44,018 bases of DNA from Candidatus Woesearchaeota archaeon (GCA_964616675.1 CAZTRI010000017.1:1-44018), one strand, 5' to 3'. Shown: positions 17,075 to 26,345, counted from the first letter of the stretch. Numbers and translations: made by a program. The notes: a model not told the origin generated them from the sequence alone.

Positions 17075-17217
17075 GGGCCTAACAGGCTTAGCGGGTAGTG
17101 GAGATTAAATCGCTAAAGCCCGTAGCTTAGCCTGGTGGAGCGCCGGTCTTATATGACCAATTCCGGTTCATAATCTAAGAAAGCCGGAAGTCAGGGGTTC
17201 AAATCCCCTCGGGCCCA
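17075..17217 (+). tRNA. tRNA-Ile(UAU), with a canonical 28-nt intron (17154..17181) and a 41-nt interruption in the 5' acceptor strand (about 17078..17118)
   Basis: The body from 17118 is a good cloverleaf: D arm GCTT/GAGC, anticodon arm CCGGT-CTTATAA-GCCGG after intron removal, T arm AGGGG-TTCAAAT-CCCCT. The 3' acceptor strand CGGGCCC needs GGGCCCG at the 5' end. Only GCCCG is contiguous, and the missing GG(GCC) lies 41 nt upstream. The 37/38 intron has a clean bulge-helix-bulge: CTTA/TAAG with bulges TAT and AAA. Confidence 0.65.
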
Positions 17218-17227
17218 CATAAAAAAT

Positions 17228-17302
17228 GCCCCGGTAGTGTAGCCCGGTCAATCACTCCGGACTTTCAATCCGGCAACCCGAGTTCAAATCTCGGCCGGGG
17301 CA
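17228..17302 (+). tRNA. tRNA-Glu(UUC), no intron
   Basis: GCCCCGG...CCGGA-CTTTCAA-TCCGG-CAAC-CCGAG-TTCAAAT-CTCGG-CCGGGGC-A. It starts 10 nt after tRNA-Ile. Confidence 0.9.
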
Positions 17303-17343
17303 TACCAAACACTTTATATTCTTTTTCAAATTAGATTCAAACT

Positions 17344-18255
17344 ATGAAGTATTTAATAATCTTAAACAGATTTGACATGGAAGATAAAGCAATAGAAGAG
17401 AAACTAAAAGCAAAAATTATAGAGAAAGAAAAGTTTAGAATTACAGTTGATTCAGAATTATCATTAGAAGAAATTTCAAAACTTCAGGAAGTTAAAAGAG
17501 TAATTCCATTACAAACAGATTGGACAGACTTTGAATCTTTCAAGAACTTCATGAACAAGTGCATTGAAGCAGCTAAAAAAGCAAAAATTCAGGAATTTAA
17601 TATAGTTGTCAAATTCTTAATCAAAACAAGATTATCAGCAGGGGAAATAAAAAAGAAAGTAAACACATTCTTAAATAAAGAAGGGTTAAGATACTCACAT
17701 GATGCACCTATATTCTACATTGAATTTAAAGATAGCACTCAATTCAGAATAGGAATAGTTGAATCCAAGTATTGGAGTACTACAAATATTTTAGAAAGAA
17801 AATTCTCAAACTTTATAGTTATTCTTGAAAACCCAGAATCATTATTAGAAGTCTCAGATTTTTTACGTTTATGTTGGATCTTCAAAGTCCCACTAATATT
17901 ATTAGGTGACAGAGATAAAAATGATTATCATTTAAAAACAGCAAAGAAAATCACTAAAGGGATTGATTACGCATTTATGGACATAAAATTCTTAAACAAG
18001 ATTCCAAAAGAATACATTAAAGTAGGTTTCTCAAAATACGCTCAGCAAAACGAGATCCAATTAAGAGAATTTCTAATGCATGTAGAAAATAAGCAGGTAG
18101 CGTTAATATTTGGAAATGATAAGTATGGATTAAGCCAAAAAACAAGGGACGAAATGGATCATATGTACAGATTAACCCCTGAACTTCAAAAACCATTAAG
18201 AGCAAGCCATGCATTAAGCTATATATTGGGTATTTACATAGGTAACAACATTTAA
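17344..18255 (+). CDS. putative SPOUT (SpoU/TrmH-like) RNA methyltransferase with an N-terminal extension of about 150 aa
   Basis: The C-terminal half shows the three SPOUT-like motifs: FIVILENPESLLEVSDFLRLCWIF, ALIFGNDKYGLS and LRASHALSYILGIY. The N-terminal domain is unassigned. Confidence 0.55.
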   Translation: MKYLIILNRFDMEDKAIEEKLKAKIIEKEKFRITVDSELSLEEISKLQEVKRVIPLQTDWTDFESFKNFMNKCIEAAKKAKIQEFNIVVKFLIKTRLSAGEIKKKVNTFLNKEGLRYSHDAPIFYIEFKDSTQFRIGIVESKYWSTTNILERKFSNFIVILENPESLLEVSDFLRLCWIFKVPLILLGDRDKNDYHLKTAKKITKGIDYAFMDIKFLNKIPKEYIKVGFSKYAQQNEIQLREFLMHVENKQVALIFGNDKYGLSQKTRDEMDHMYRLTPELQKPLRASHALSYILGIYIGNNI

Positions 18256-18284
18256 ATATTTTTTCTTATTCTTAAATAGTGAAA

Positions 18285-18764
18285 ATGAAATACTTAATTC
18301 CAGTAATAATTTTAATTCTCCTATCAACATCAGTATTAGCTCTCACAGAACAAGTAATTTTAAAAAAGAACCAGAGTAAGGAAGTTCTAGGCCATAGGAT
18401 AGAATTTTTAGATTCAGAATTAAGTAAAGTTTCTTTTAAAGTGGACGATCAAGTCTACAGCCTTATAAAACACCAAAAAGGTCAAAAAGAAGATATAATG
18501 ATTGAAGTCATTTCAATAGCAAGTAATATTTTAGATCCAAAAGAGGATTACGTTGTATTTTTAATAACTAATGAAAATATGGTAAGAAAGGAATTAAAGT
18601 CCAAAAAAGCAATATCCTCAGACCTTACAGCAGTTAAAAAAGTACCTAAAGAATACAAAGAAATAGCAAATATCTCATTAGAATCACAAAAAGAAGAAAA
18701 TAAAAATTCAAAAACAACATCAAAAATTTTCAGTTTCTGGATATTCATATTAAACTTATTCTAG
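18285..18764 (+). CDS. small secreted/membrane protein with one copy of the shared beta-rich module
   Basis: Signal-like MKYLIPVIILILLSTSVLA; hydrophobic C-terminus. I chose the ATG at 18285 over the GTG at 18279. Confidence 0.6.
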   Translation: MKYLIPVIILILLSTSVLALTEQVILKKNQSKEVLGHRIEFLDSELSKVSFKVDDQVYSLIKHQKGQKEDIMIEVISIASNILDPKEDYVVFLITNENMVRKELKSKKAISSDLTAVKKVPKEYKEIANISLESQKEENKNSKTTSKIFSFWIFILNLF

Positions 18765-18814
18765 CAAAAAAATTCCACAATCTTTATAAATAACCTATTA
18801 AATAGAATAGTTTT

Positions 18815-19762
18815 ATGAAAAGAGTGTTATTATTTTCCCTAATCTTCTTATTAACTTTTAGTACAATAGCTTTGGCTGAAACAAAGAAAGTTACATTAAA
18901 AAGTGAGGAAAGTTTCACAGTGGGAGATCAGACAGTTAAATTAGTTAAAGTAAATTCTAATGGTTCAGTTGATTTAGAAATTAATGGTGAAAAAACAAAC
19001 TTACGTCAGTCAAAAGGAGCATTAAAAATAAGCACATCGAGAGTTATTCTAACAAATACAATGAAAAATACAATAGATCCAACATTTGATAAAGCAGTTT
19101 TCAGTGTTGATGGGACAGAATCTGTATCTGTTAGCAATGGGAATACAGGATTAACAGAATCACTAACAACAGCAACTGGAGAAGCAAACAAGAATATTAA
19201 TTACATTCAAATAAAAGCTGGTGAAACTGTAAAGATTGGTTCACAAGTTGTTCAATTGATAAGAGTCAGTGAAGGTAAAGCAAAAGTTAATTTAAATGGT
19301 GAAATAAAAGAATTTGGACAAACTGAATTATTCAAGGATACTGGAATTGAGATGTTATTCGAGAAAGTATTAGATAATCCTTTAGATGAAAGATTTGATA
19401 AAATTATAATCAAAGTTCCTAAAGGAACTGCAGTTACAGAAAACTTTGAACCAATTGCAGTGAGAGGTCAAACAGATTCATCTTTAGCACCAACTGGTCT
19501 TGTTATAAAACAAAAGATGAAAGAAGAAGCAATAAAACTAGATAAAGGAACAACAGAAGCACCTAAAACTGAGGAAGCAAAAGTAGAATCTCCAACAGAA
19601 GCACCTAAACCAGAGGAAAAGAAAGAAGAAACTACTAATGCAATAACAGGAAACGCAGTAGCTGATGAACAGACAGTAACATTAAAATCAGTAACAACTA
19701 AAACAAAGGGATTCTTTGTGTCAACATGGACATGGATTAAAGGATTCTTTTTTTCTGAATAA
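18815..19762 (+). CDS. secreted protein with two copies of the shared module, an E/K/P-rich linker and a hydrophobic C-terminus
   Basis: Signal MKRVLLFSLIFLLTFSTIALA. The repeats are VTLKSEESFTVGDQTVKLVKVNSNGSVDLEINGE and IQIKAGETVKIGSQVVQLIRVSEGKAKVNLNGE. Confidence 0.7.
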   Translation: MKRVLLFSLIFLLTFSTIALAETKKVTLKSEESFTVGDQTVKLVKVNSNGSVDLEINGEKTNLRQSKGALKISTSRVILTNTMKNTIDPTFDKAVFSVDGTESVSVSNGNTGLTESLTTATGEANKNINYIQIKAGETVKIGSQVVQLIRVSEGKAKVNLNGEIKEFGQTELFKDTGIEMLFEKVLDNPLDERFDKIIIKVPKGTAVTENFEPIAVRGQTDSSLAPTGLVIKQKMKEEAIKLDKGTTEAPKTEEAKVESPTEAPKPEEKKEETTNAITGNAVADEQTVTLKSVTTKTKGFFVSTWTWIKGFFFSE

Positions 19763-19810
19763 ATAATTTATAGAAATATTTAAATACCTGTAATTAAAAG
19801 ATTATTCATT

Positions 19811-20578
19811 ATGAAAAAAGAGTTTATGATTGTAGCGTCTTTACTTCTATTAGTTAGTTTTTTTGCTATCACAAATAAAATATCATCGACAAATCAAATT
19901 ACAGGAAATTTTATTGTTGATTTTGAAAAAGAAAACATAGATTATTTTTTCAATCAGTATGGAAACATATTTGAATTCAAACCAGGTGATGGTGTTATCC
20001 TAACAAACAGTATTGGCAACCCATACGTAATAACATACTATAGATCAGAAACAGATCAATATGGATTCTCACGTAAACTTATGTCAGAAAATGCTATATT
20101 AACAATTAAAACTCTAGCTATAGGTGAAACTAGGATAGCAAAACAATACAAAATAAAAGCAGGAAAAGTTAAAAGTATAGAAGGTTTTAATCTCTTTGTT
20201 TATGTAGTAAGCATATTTGATTCAGAAAGTATTGATAATAATAGGGCAATAATTTCATTCCCTTCAGCAGAATCATTTATTTATAGGCCTAGAATGGAGA
20301 AAGGTGAAACTAGGATAGTCAATGGTCATAAAGTTGAATTAGTTGATTATTATTATGATGAAGGGCACATATCAAGAGGTTCTGCAGTAGTTAAAGTTGA
20401 TGATCAAGAAATAACACTAAGAAATTATAATAAACCTATTAATGTAAATGGTTTAATGATAGGAGTAAGTGAAATGGAAAAAGTAAAATCAGTTAAGTTT
20501 ACTATTCTCAATGTTAACAAAGTTCAGCTAGAAGATTCAATAGCACTAAAAAAAGACCCAAAATTAACTTATTCATAA
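19811..20578 (+). CDS. secreted protein with related module(s)
   Basis: Signal-like MKKEFMIVASLLLLVSFFAI. Module: MEKGETRIVNGHKVELVDYY...GSAVVKVDDQE. Confidence 0.65.
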   Translation: MKKEFMIVASLLLLVSFFAITNKISSTNQITGNFIVDFEKENIDYFFNQYGNIFEFKPGDGVILTNSIGNPYVITYYRSETDQYGFSRKLMSENAILTIKTLAIGETRIAKQYKIKAGKVKSIEGFNLFVYVVSIFDSESIDNNRAIISFPSAESFIYRPRMEKGETRIVNGHKVELVDYYYDEGHISRGSAVVKVDDQEITLRNYNKPINVNGLMIGVSEMEKVKSVKFTILNVNKVQLEDSIALKKDPKLTYS

Positions 20579-20644
20579 CTAGATAAACTAAAAAAGATAT
20601 TCTAGAATAACTATACTTAAAAATCAATAAAATGTAAATGGAGT

Positions 20645-21829
20645 ATGAAATTCGCACACTTATCTGACTGTCATATTGGTGGATGGCGAGAACCAAAACT
20701 AAAAGAGTTAGGTCTGCTTAGTTTCAGTAAAGCAGTTGAAGAATGTATTAAAAAACAAGTAGATTTTATTCTAATATCAGGAGACTTATTCGACACCCCC
20801 ATCCCTCAAATAGAAGTTATCAAAAGTGTAGCTGAGATATTAAGTTCTGTTAAGAAATTTGGTATAAGGGTATACATAATTCCAGGGAGTCATGATTTCA
20901 GTGCATCAGGCAAAACAATGATTTCTGTATTTGAAAAAGCAGGGATAGTAAAGAATGTAATGCAGATTCACAATAACGTGTTAGAACTAACTGCAGATCA
21001 GTCTGGTGCAAAATTAACTGGCGTCTTTGGACGTATAGGTGGTTTAGAAACAGAAGACTACAAAAAAATTGATTTTAGCAAAGTAAGCATAGAAAAGGGA
21101 TTCAAGATCTTTTTATTTCATACTTTACTAACTGAACTAAAACCTGCACAATTTGAGATGATTGAAACACCCTCAATAAGCATATTACCAAAAGGATTTG
21201 ACTATTATGCAGGGGGACATCCTCATTTTACATATGCTAAACATCATCAAGGTTATGGGATAATTGCATATCCTGGCCCTACATTCCCAAACAATTTCAA
21301 AGAATTAGAAGAACTGCATTATGGTTCTTTCTTTATAGTCACAGTAAAAGAAGGGAAACTTGATGTTGACACAATAAAAATCAAAATTAAGGATGTCTTA
21401 AGTTATAACTTTAACATTGAAGGTATGACTCCTAAAGAAGCTGAAGAGCTAATTATGGGGAGAGTATCAGACTACTTAGATAAAATAGTTCTCTTACGTA
21501 TTCATGGCAGACTTAAGATTGGTAGCCAGGTTGACATTAACTTCAAAAGAATAAATGAATTTATGAGCAGTGCATATGTAATATTAAAAAACACCAGTAA
21601 ACTTTACGGTGCTGATTTTGAGGAGTTGATAGTTGAACAAGTATCACCAGATAACATAGAAATTGATATTGTAACTGAATTTATAAAAGAATCAAAATTA
21701 ATGAAAAAAGAGGTCGTGAATGAAATAATAAATGTCTTAAATAAAGATAAAGAAGATGGTGAAACAAATACAGATTTTAGTAAGAGGATTATTGATGATT
21801 TTGTAAAGACAATAGGAGTTGATCTCTAA
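20645..21829 (+). CDS. mre11: Mre11 double-strand-break repair nuclease
   Basis: Calcineurin-like phosphoesterase motifs: HLSDCHIGG, ILISGDLFD, IPGSHD, FHT and GGHPH. Confidence 0.88.
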   Translation: MKFAHLSDCHIGGWREPKLKELGLLSFSKAVEECIKKQVDFILISGDLFDTPIPQIEVIKSVAEILSSVKKFGIRVYIIPGSHDFSASGKTMISVFEKAGIVKNVMQIHNNVLELTADQSGAKLTGVFGRIGGLETEDYKKIDFSKVSIEKGFKIFLFHTLLTELKPAQFEMIETPSISILPKGFDYYAGGHPHFTYAKHHQGYGIIAYPGPTFPNNFKELEELHYGSFFIVTVKEGKLDVDTIKIKIKDVLSYNFNIEGMTPKEAEELIMGRVSDYLDKIVLLRIHGRLKIGSQVDINFKRINEFMSSAYVILKNTSKLYGADFEELIVEQVSPDNIEIDIVTEFIKESKLMKKEVVNEIINVLNKDKEDGETNTDFSKRIIDDFVKTIGVDL

Positions 21830-23902
21830 ATGTTACTAAGCAGATTAATCTTAGAAAATATTAGGAGTTATGAAAACGAGATAATAGATTTCCCACTGGG
21901 CACAACACTAGTAGCTGGTGATGTCGGTGCAGGGAAAAGTACAATCTTGATTGCAATTGAATTTGCATTATTTGGGATTTCAAAAGGAGATTTATCAGGG
22001 GATATTCTATTAAGAAAGGGCAGATCAACAGGTTCAGTAGAATTATATTTTATAGTAAACAAAAATGAATACATAATAAAAAGAATATTAAAAAAATCAA
22101 ATACAGGGATAGTCCAAGAATCAGGGTTTTTAACAATCAATGATGCAAAGTTTGAACTCACGCCAACAGAACTAAAGAATAGAATTTACACTATCCTTAA
22201 TTACCCGTTAGAACAGATAAATAAAAGACCGCTTATCTATAAGTACACAGTTTATACACCTCAAGAAGAGATGAAATTAATTCTTTTAGGTGGAAAAGAT
22301 TCTAGAATTGAGACATTAAGAAAAGTATTCAATATTGACAAATACCAGAGAATAAAGGAGAACTCCAAGATAGTAATTTCTGCAATAAAGGAAAAAAGAA
22401 AACAGCTGATAGGTTCTATAGAAGACCTTGATGAGAAGATAAAAAAGAAAGATGAACTTAGTTTAAGATTAGATAGTCTAGAAATAAGATTAAAACCTAT
22501 ATCTTCAGAATTAGAAAAAATAATTGACGAACTAAAACTCAAAAAAACAGAAATAAAAAACTATGAAGTGAAGAGAAAAGAACTTGAAGAAAGACAATCT
22601 CAAGTAAAAATGATAGATTATGAGGTAAAGAGTAGGTATGAAGAGGTTAATAAAAACAAAATAGAACTTGAGACATTAAGAGTAAAGATCTTAGAATTGC
22701 AAAAAGAAACCGAAGGGGGTATAGATATTGACTTAGTTAAGGAAAAAAAGAAAAGCTTTGAAGATAATCTCATAGTTTCAGAAAATGACCTTAAAACAAT
22801 ATCACATGGACTGCTAGAATTAAAATTAAAAAAGGATAATGAAGTAAAGATAAAGAGAAGCATCTCAGAACTTGATGTATGTCCTGTTTGTAAACAGGGT
22901 GTCCTTGAAACATATAAAATAAAAATAAACAATGAAACTAATGGAAAGATTTCTGAATACGATCTTCAAACAAGTAGTTTCTTAGAGAAAGAGAAAAGGA
23001 TAACAGAGATTAAAAATGAACTTGAAGGCCATATAAATATTCTAATGGAAAAGGAACGCCAGTTTGAACTTCTCAAATTCAAAAGATATGATTTAGAAAA
23101 GAAAAGTGAAAAACTAGAAGAACTGCAAATGAATATTTTAGACACAGAATCGATAATCAAAGATTTAGAAATAAAAAAAGCTGGAGTTTTCTTAGATATA
23201 AGTACTATCTCAATAAATGAAGATTATGACATTATCAGAGAAGAATTTGAAAATCTAACTAAAAAAGAAAAAGAAGTACAGATTGCAAAGGTAAAAATTG
23301 AAAAAGAAATTGAAGTAGTAGGCGAGACAATAGAGAGTTTAACATTAGACATTAAGAAAAAAACAGGGATTAAAAATCAAGTACAAGAATATCTTATCTT
23401 AAAAGACTGGTTAGAAAATGATTTCATCAATCTACTTAATACTATAGAAAAGAAAGTAATGACAAAGATCAATTACGATTTTAGCAAGATGTTTATTAAA
23501 TGGTTCCAATTGTTAATGGGGGAGGATGCACTTACAGTAAGTTTAGACACCGAGTTTTCTCCAAAGATAGAACAAAATGGATACGATGTTGACTATGAGA
23601 ATCTTTCTGGTGGAGAAAAGACAGCATGTGCGTTAGCTTACAGATTAGCATTAAACCAGACAATAAACAACCTAGTGTCAACAATAAACACAAAAGACAT
23701 AATTATCTTGGATGAACCGACAGATGGTTTTTCCTCAGAACAATTAGATAATGTAAAATTAGTACTTAAAGAATTAAATGTTAAACAGATAATTATGGTT
23801 TCGCATGAAGCTAAAATAGAAAGTTTTTGCGATAATATAATAAAGATTGAAAAAGAGAGTCATATCAGCAGAGTCCTTAATAAACCCATCTCATTACTTT
23901 AA
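21830..23902 (+). CDS. rad50: Rad50 ATPase (short form, 690 aa)
   Basis: Walker A GDVGAGKST, a long K/E-rich coiled coil with the zinc hook CPVC, signature LSGGEKTACALAYRLAL and Walker B IIILDEPT. Its ATG immediately follows the mre11 stop (TAAATG). Confidence 0.9.
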   Translation: MLLSRLILENIRSYENEIIDFPLGTTLVAGDVGAGKSTILIAIEFALFGISKGDLSGDILLRKGRSTGSVELYFIVNKNEYIIKRILKKSNTGIVQESGFLTINDAKFELTPTELKNRIYTILNYPLEQINKRPLIYKYTVYTPQEEMKLILLGGKDSRIETLRKVFNIDKYQRIKENSKIVISAIKEKRKQLIGSIEDLDEKIKKKDELSLRLDSLEIRLKPISSELEKIIDELKLKKTEIKNYEVKRKELEERQSQVKMIDYEVKSRYEEVNKNKIELETLRVKILELQKETEGGIDIDLVKEKKKSFEDNLIVSENDLKTISHGLLELKLKKDNEVKIKRSISELDVCPVCKQGVLETYKIKINNETNGKISEYDLQTSSFLEKEKRITEIKNELEGHINILMEKERQFELLKFKRYDLEKKSEKLEELQMNILDTESIIKDLEIKKAGVFLDISTISINEDYDIIREEFENLTKKEKEVQIAKVKIEKEIEVVGETIESLTLDIKKKTGIKNQVQEYLILKDWLENDFINLLNTIEKKVMTKINYDFSKMFIKWFQLLMGEDALTVSLDTEFSPKIEQNGYDVDYENLSGGEKTACALAYRLALNQTINNLVSTINTKDIIILDEPTDGFSSEQLDNVKLVLKELNVKQIIMVSHEAKIESFCDNIIKIEKESHISRVLNKPISLL

Positions 23903-23978
23903 CTCTTGTCACCACTTCAAAAGAGTTTAATAAAAACTTCAAAAAGGTTTAAATACTGGTTTATGAATAAAACACCTC

Positions 23979-25328
23979 ATGAGAGGTTACATTTTACTAC
24001 TAACATTAGTTCTATCAGCTACATTAGTTATTGCCGCACAGCCCTTAGAGGTTACGGTATCTCCTGACAATCAAGAAATAGTTTCAGGAGAAAACGCAAA
24101 TTTTGTTGCAACAATATACAATAATAAAAATGAAAACGTAGAAGTCACAATTAAATCTTTAGACTTAAATTGGATTCTTGAACAAGATCTTGAAAGATAT
24201 ACAATTACAAAAAAATCAAACAGAGAAATTCAGCTTAACTACAAACCGTTAGGAGAGTCAAGGCATGGAAAATACGGTGTTAATTTTGTTGCAATGACAG
24301 ATGATGGAAGAGTAGAAAAATTCATTCCAGTAAATATCATTGAGAGAAAAGAATTGATAAGAATTGAACTTGTTACAGAAAAAATAGACCCTAGAAAAGA
24401 GAACATAATTAAGATAATAGTAAAGAACAATTATAACATTCCATTAAGTGGTTTAACATTGAATTTTATCAGTGATTACTTAAAAGAAACAAGGGTAATC
24501 GATTTAAAAGAAAAAGAAATCCTAGAAATCCCTTACACAGTAAAACTAGATCCTAAATTAGAAAGTGGTAAATATCCTTTACAAATAGAAATTATGAGAA
24601 AAGATGAAAGTATAACACAACAATTCTTTGATTTAAATATTGGTGGATATACAGATCTTAAAGAACTAGAAGATCTAACCGAGGGTTTATTTTACAAAGA
24701 AGTTAAATTAACAAAAACTAATTCTGGTAATACACCAGTTGTTGAAGAGTTCACAAAAGAATTTACATTCTTAGAGAAGGTATTCACAAGTTTTGATACT
24801 GAACCTGATGATATTCAAAAATCAGATGGTAGATACATTGTAACTTGGAAGAAAACAATAGAACCAAGTGGTGAAATAAGCATTTCCTACACAACAAACT
24901 ACAGAAAACCAGTAATATTCTTATTAATAATCATAGTGGGTGGAGCAGGATATTATTTCATGTCAAGAAGATCTGTAAGAGTAAGTAAAAGAGTTGTAGT
25001 TGTAAGTAAAGGAGCAACTTCAACACTAAAAGTTACATTATCAGTTTCAAACCATGGTGAAAGTAATCTTAAATATCTAAAATTAATGGATAGAATTCCT
25101 AATCCTCTTAAAGCACCATCTTCGTCTGGTGGAGTATTAAAGAAAGAAGGACAGAGCTATATTTTATTATGGGAAATAAAAGATCTTGCAAAAAGAAGAG
25201 AAGTCCAATATTCATACACAGTTGAAGTAAAGTCAAGATTAGGTGGGATGATGCTTCCTCCAGCTGTAGTTAAATACACAGAAGGTGTGAGAAGAGTTGT
25301 AGCTAATTCAAACAGTATTTATGTATAA
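23979..25328 (+). CDS. exported protein with a central TM helix, unknown function
   Basis: Signal-like MRGYILLLTLVLSATLVIAA and TM segment VIFLLIIIVGGAGYYFM. The stop overlaps the next ATG (TAATG). Confidence 0.65.
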   Translation: MRGYILLLTLVLSATLVIAAQPLEVTVSPDNQEIVSGENANFVATIYNNKNENVEVTIKSLDLNWILEQDLERYTITKKSNREIQLNYKPLGESRHGKYGVNFVAMTDDGRVEKFIPVNIIERKELIRIELVTEKIDPRKENIIKIIVKNNYNIPLSGLTLNFISDYLKETRVIDLKEKEILEIPYTVKLDPKLESGKYPLQIEIMRKDESITQQFFDLNIGGYTDLKELEDLTEGLFYKEVKLTKTNSGNTPVVEEFTKEFTFLEKVFTSFDTEPDDIQKSDGRYIVTWKKTIEPSGEISISYTTNYRKPVIFLLIIIVGGAGYYFMSRRSVRVSKRVVVVSKGATSTLKVTLSVSNHGESNLKYLKLMDRIPNPLKAPSSSGGVLKKEGQSYILLWEIKDLAKRREVQYSYTVEVKSRLGGMMLPPAVVKYTEGVRRVVANSNSIYV

Positions 25329-26086
25329 TGAAAATTCTAATTTGGTGTGAGTTTCCAGAACAGGTTAACTGGAAAAAAGTACCTAAAGGTTTAAACATTT
25401 ATGTAGTTGCTAAATCTAAAAAAGAATATCTTAAATATAAAAAATACTGTATTGGTATCTGGCCTATATTACCAAAACAAGAAGGCTACTGGTTCTCAGG
25501 TTATTGTTCAAAAGAAGCTATTAATAAATTAAAAGAATTTGATGGAGAAAATATAAAGATTGACATTGAACCTAAGTTGATTGACTCATATAGTACCTCT
25601 TTTATAGGTAAAATTTTATATCCATTGATTGTTTTAAGTTTAGGAATTCCAAGAAATAATAAATACTTAAAAAAAACAATTGAAGATTTGAAGTCTAAAG
25701 CTGTTATTATTAGTGGTCCTGCTCTTCCTGATTTTATACTTAAATTATATGGAGATAATATAAGACTTAAACCAAGCTGGTCCAGAAACTATTTCCTATA
25801 TCCTACTTTATTTGGAAGATCTTGGTTATTAAGAAAGTACGAAGAATGGTTTATTAAACAGAAAATAAGAGTATTAAAAAACCAGGTTATGTTCAGTCTG
25901 GGTTGCATAGGCAAAGGTATCATAGGAGATGAAAAGACATATAATAATTTGGAAGAATTCAAGAAAGATGTTTCATGGCTTCAAAGCTTAGGTGTTAAAA
26001 ACCTGGTAATTTTCAACCTAGAAGGGATCATACAAAGAAAAGACTCACAAGATTGGCTAAATTTTATCTATAGTATTAAAAAATAA
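25328..26086 (+). CDS. hypothetical protein, 252 aa
   Basis: Long ORF, translationally coupled to the upstream gene. No family recognised. Confidence 0.6.
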   Translation: MKILIWCEFPEQVNWKKVPKGLNIYVVAKSKKEYLKYKKYCIGIWPILPKQEGYWFSGYCSKEAINKLKEFDGENIKIDIEPKLIDSYSTSFIGKILYPLIVLSLGIPRNNKYLKKTIEDLKSKAVIISGPALPDFILKLYGDNIRLKPSWSRNYFLYPTLFGRSWLLRKYEEWFIKQKIRVLKNQVMFSLGCIGKGIIGDEKTYNNLEEFKKDVSWLQSLGVKNLVIFNLEGIIQRKDSQDWLNFIYSIKK

Positions 26087-26088
26087 TT

Positions 26089-26102
26089 TAGACTGCGTCG
26101 GC
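26089..26102 (+). repeat. core-only copy of the dispersed repeat (TAGACTGCGTCGGC)
   Basis: Exact core that fills the 16-nt gap between two convergent stop codons (26084-26086 and 26103-26105). Confidence 0.8.
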
Positions 26103-26345
26103 TTACCAAGGTTCAAATTGTGCTTGAGAAAATTTTCTAACATTAACACCTGGTAAGAAATTCAGTGATCTAATAGTATTTGCATCTAGTTCTCTATTAG
26201 ACCTATGCAACCAATAACCATCACAAGACTCCAACTTTGTTGAATAACCCCTTTGGCCCAATATTCCTAGGATAGTTCTTTCAGCAAAATCACCCCTCAT
26301 TTGCTCATAAGTGCTAACTTCAACTATATATCTATATTCTTCCAT
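26103..26345 (-). CDS. hypothetical protein, Arg-rich and compositionally atypical
   Basis: The track ORF begins with GTG at 26396; I prefer the ATG at 26345 (MEEYRYIVEV...). Arg exceeds Lys, unlike neighbouring proteins. Confidence 0.4.
   Translation of the reverse strand: MEEYRYIVEVSTYEQMRGDFAERTILGILGQRGYSTKLESCDGYWLHRSNRELDANTIRSLNFLPGVNVRKFSQAQFEPW

Noticed and set aside
17143-17187. Alternative reading of the 17075..17217 tRNA as a CAU (Met/Ile2) tRNA, using the second CCGG block (TCCGG-TTCATAA-...-CCGGA).
   Set aside because: It needs a 19-nt intron just after position 26 and a 10-nt intron in the loop, and neither can form a bulge-helix-bulge. The UAU reading has a clean 4-bp central helix with two 3-nt bulges at the canonical 37/38 site. 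The alternative is kept as a caveat in the findings.
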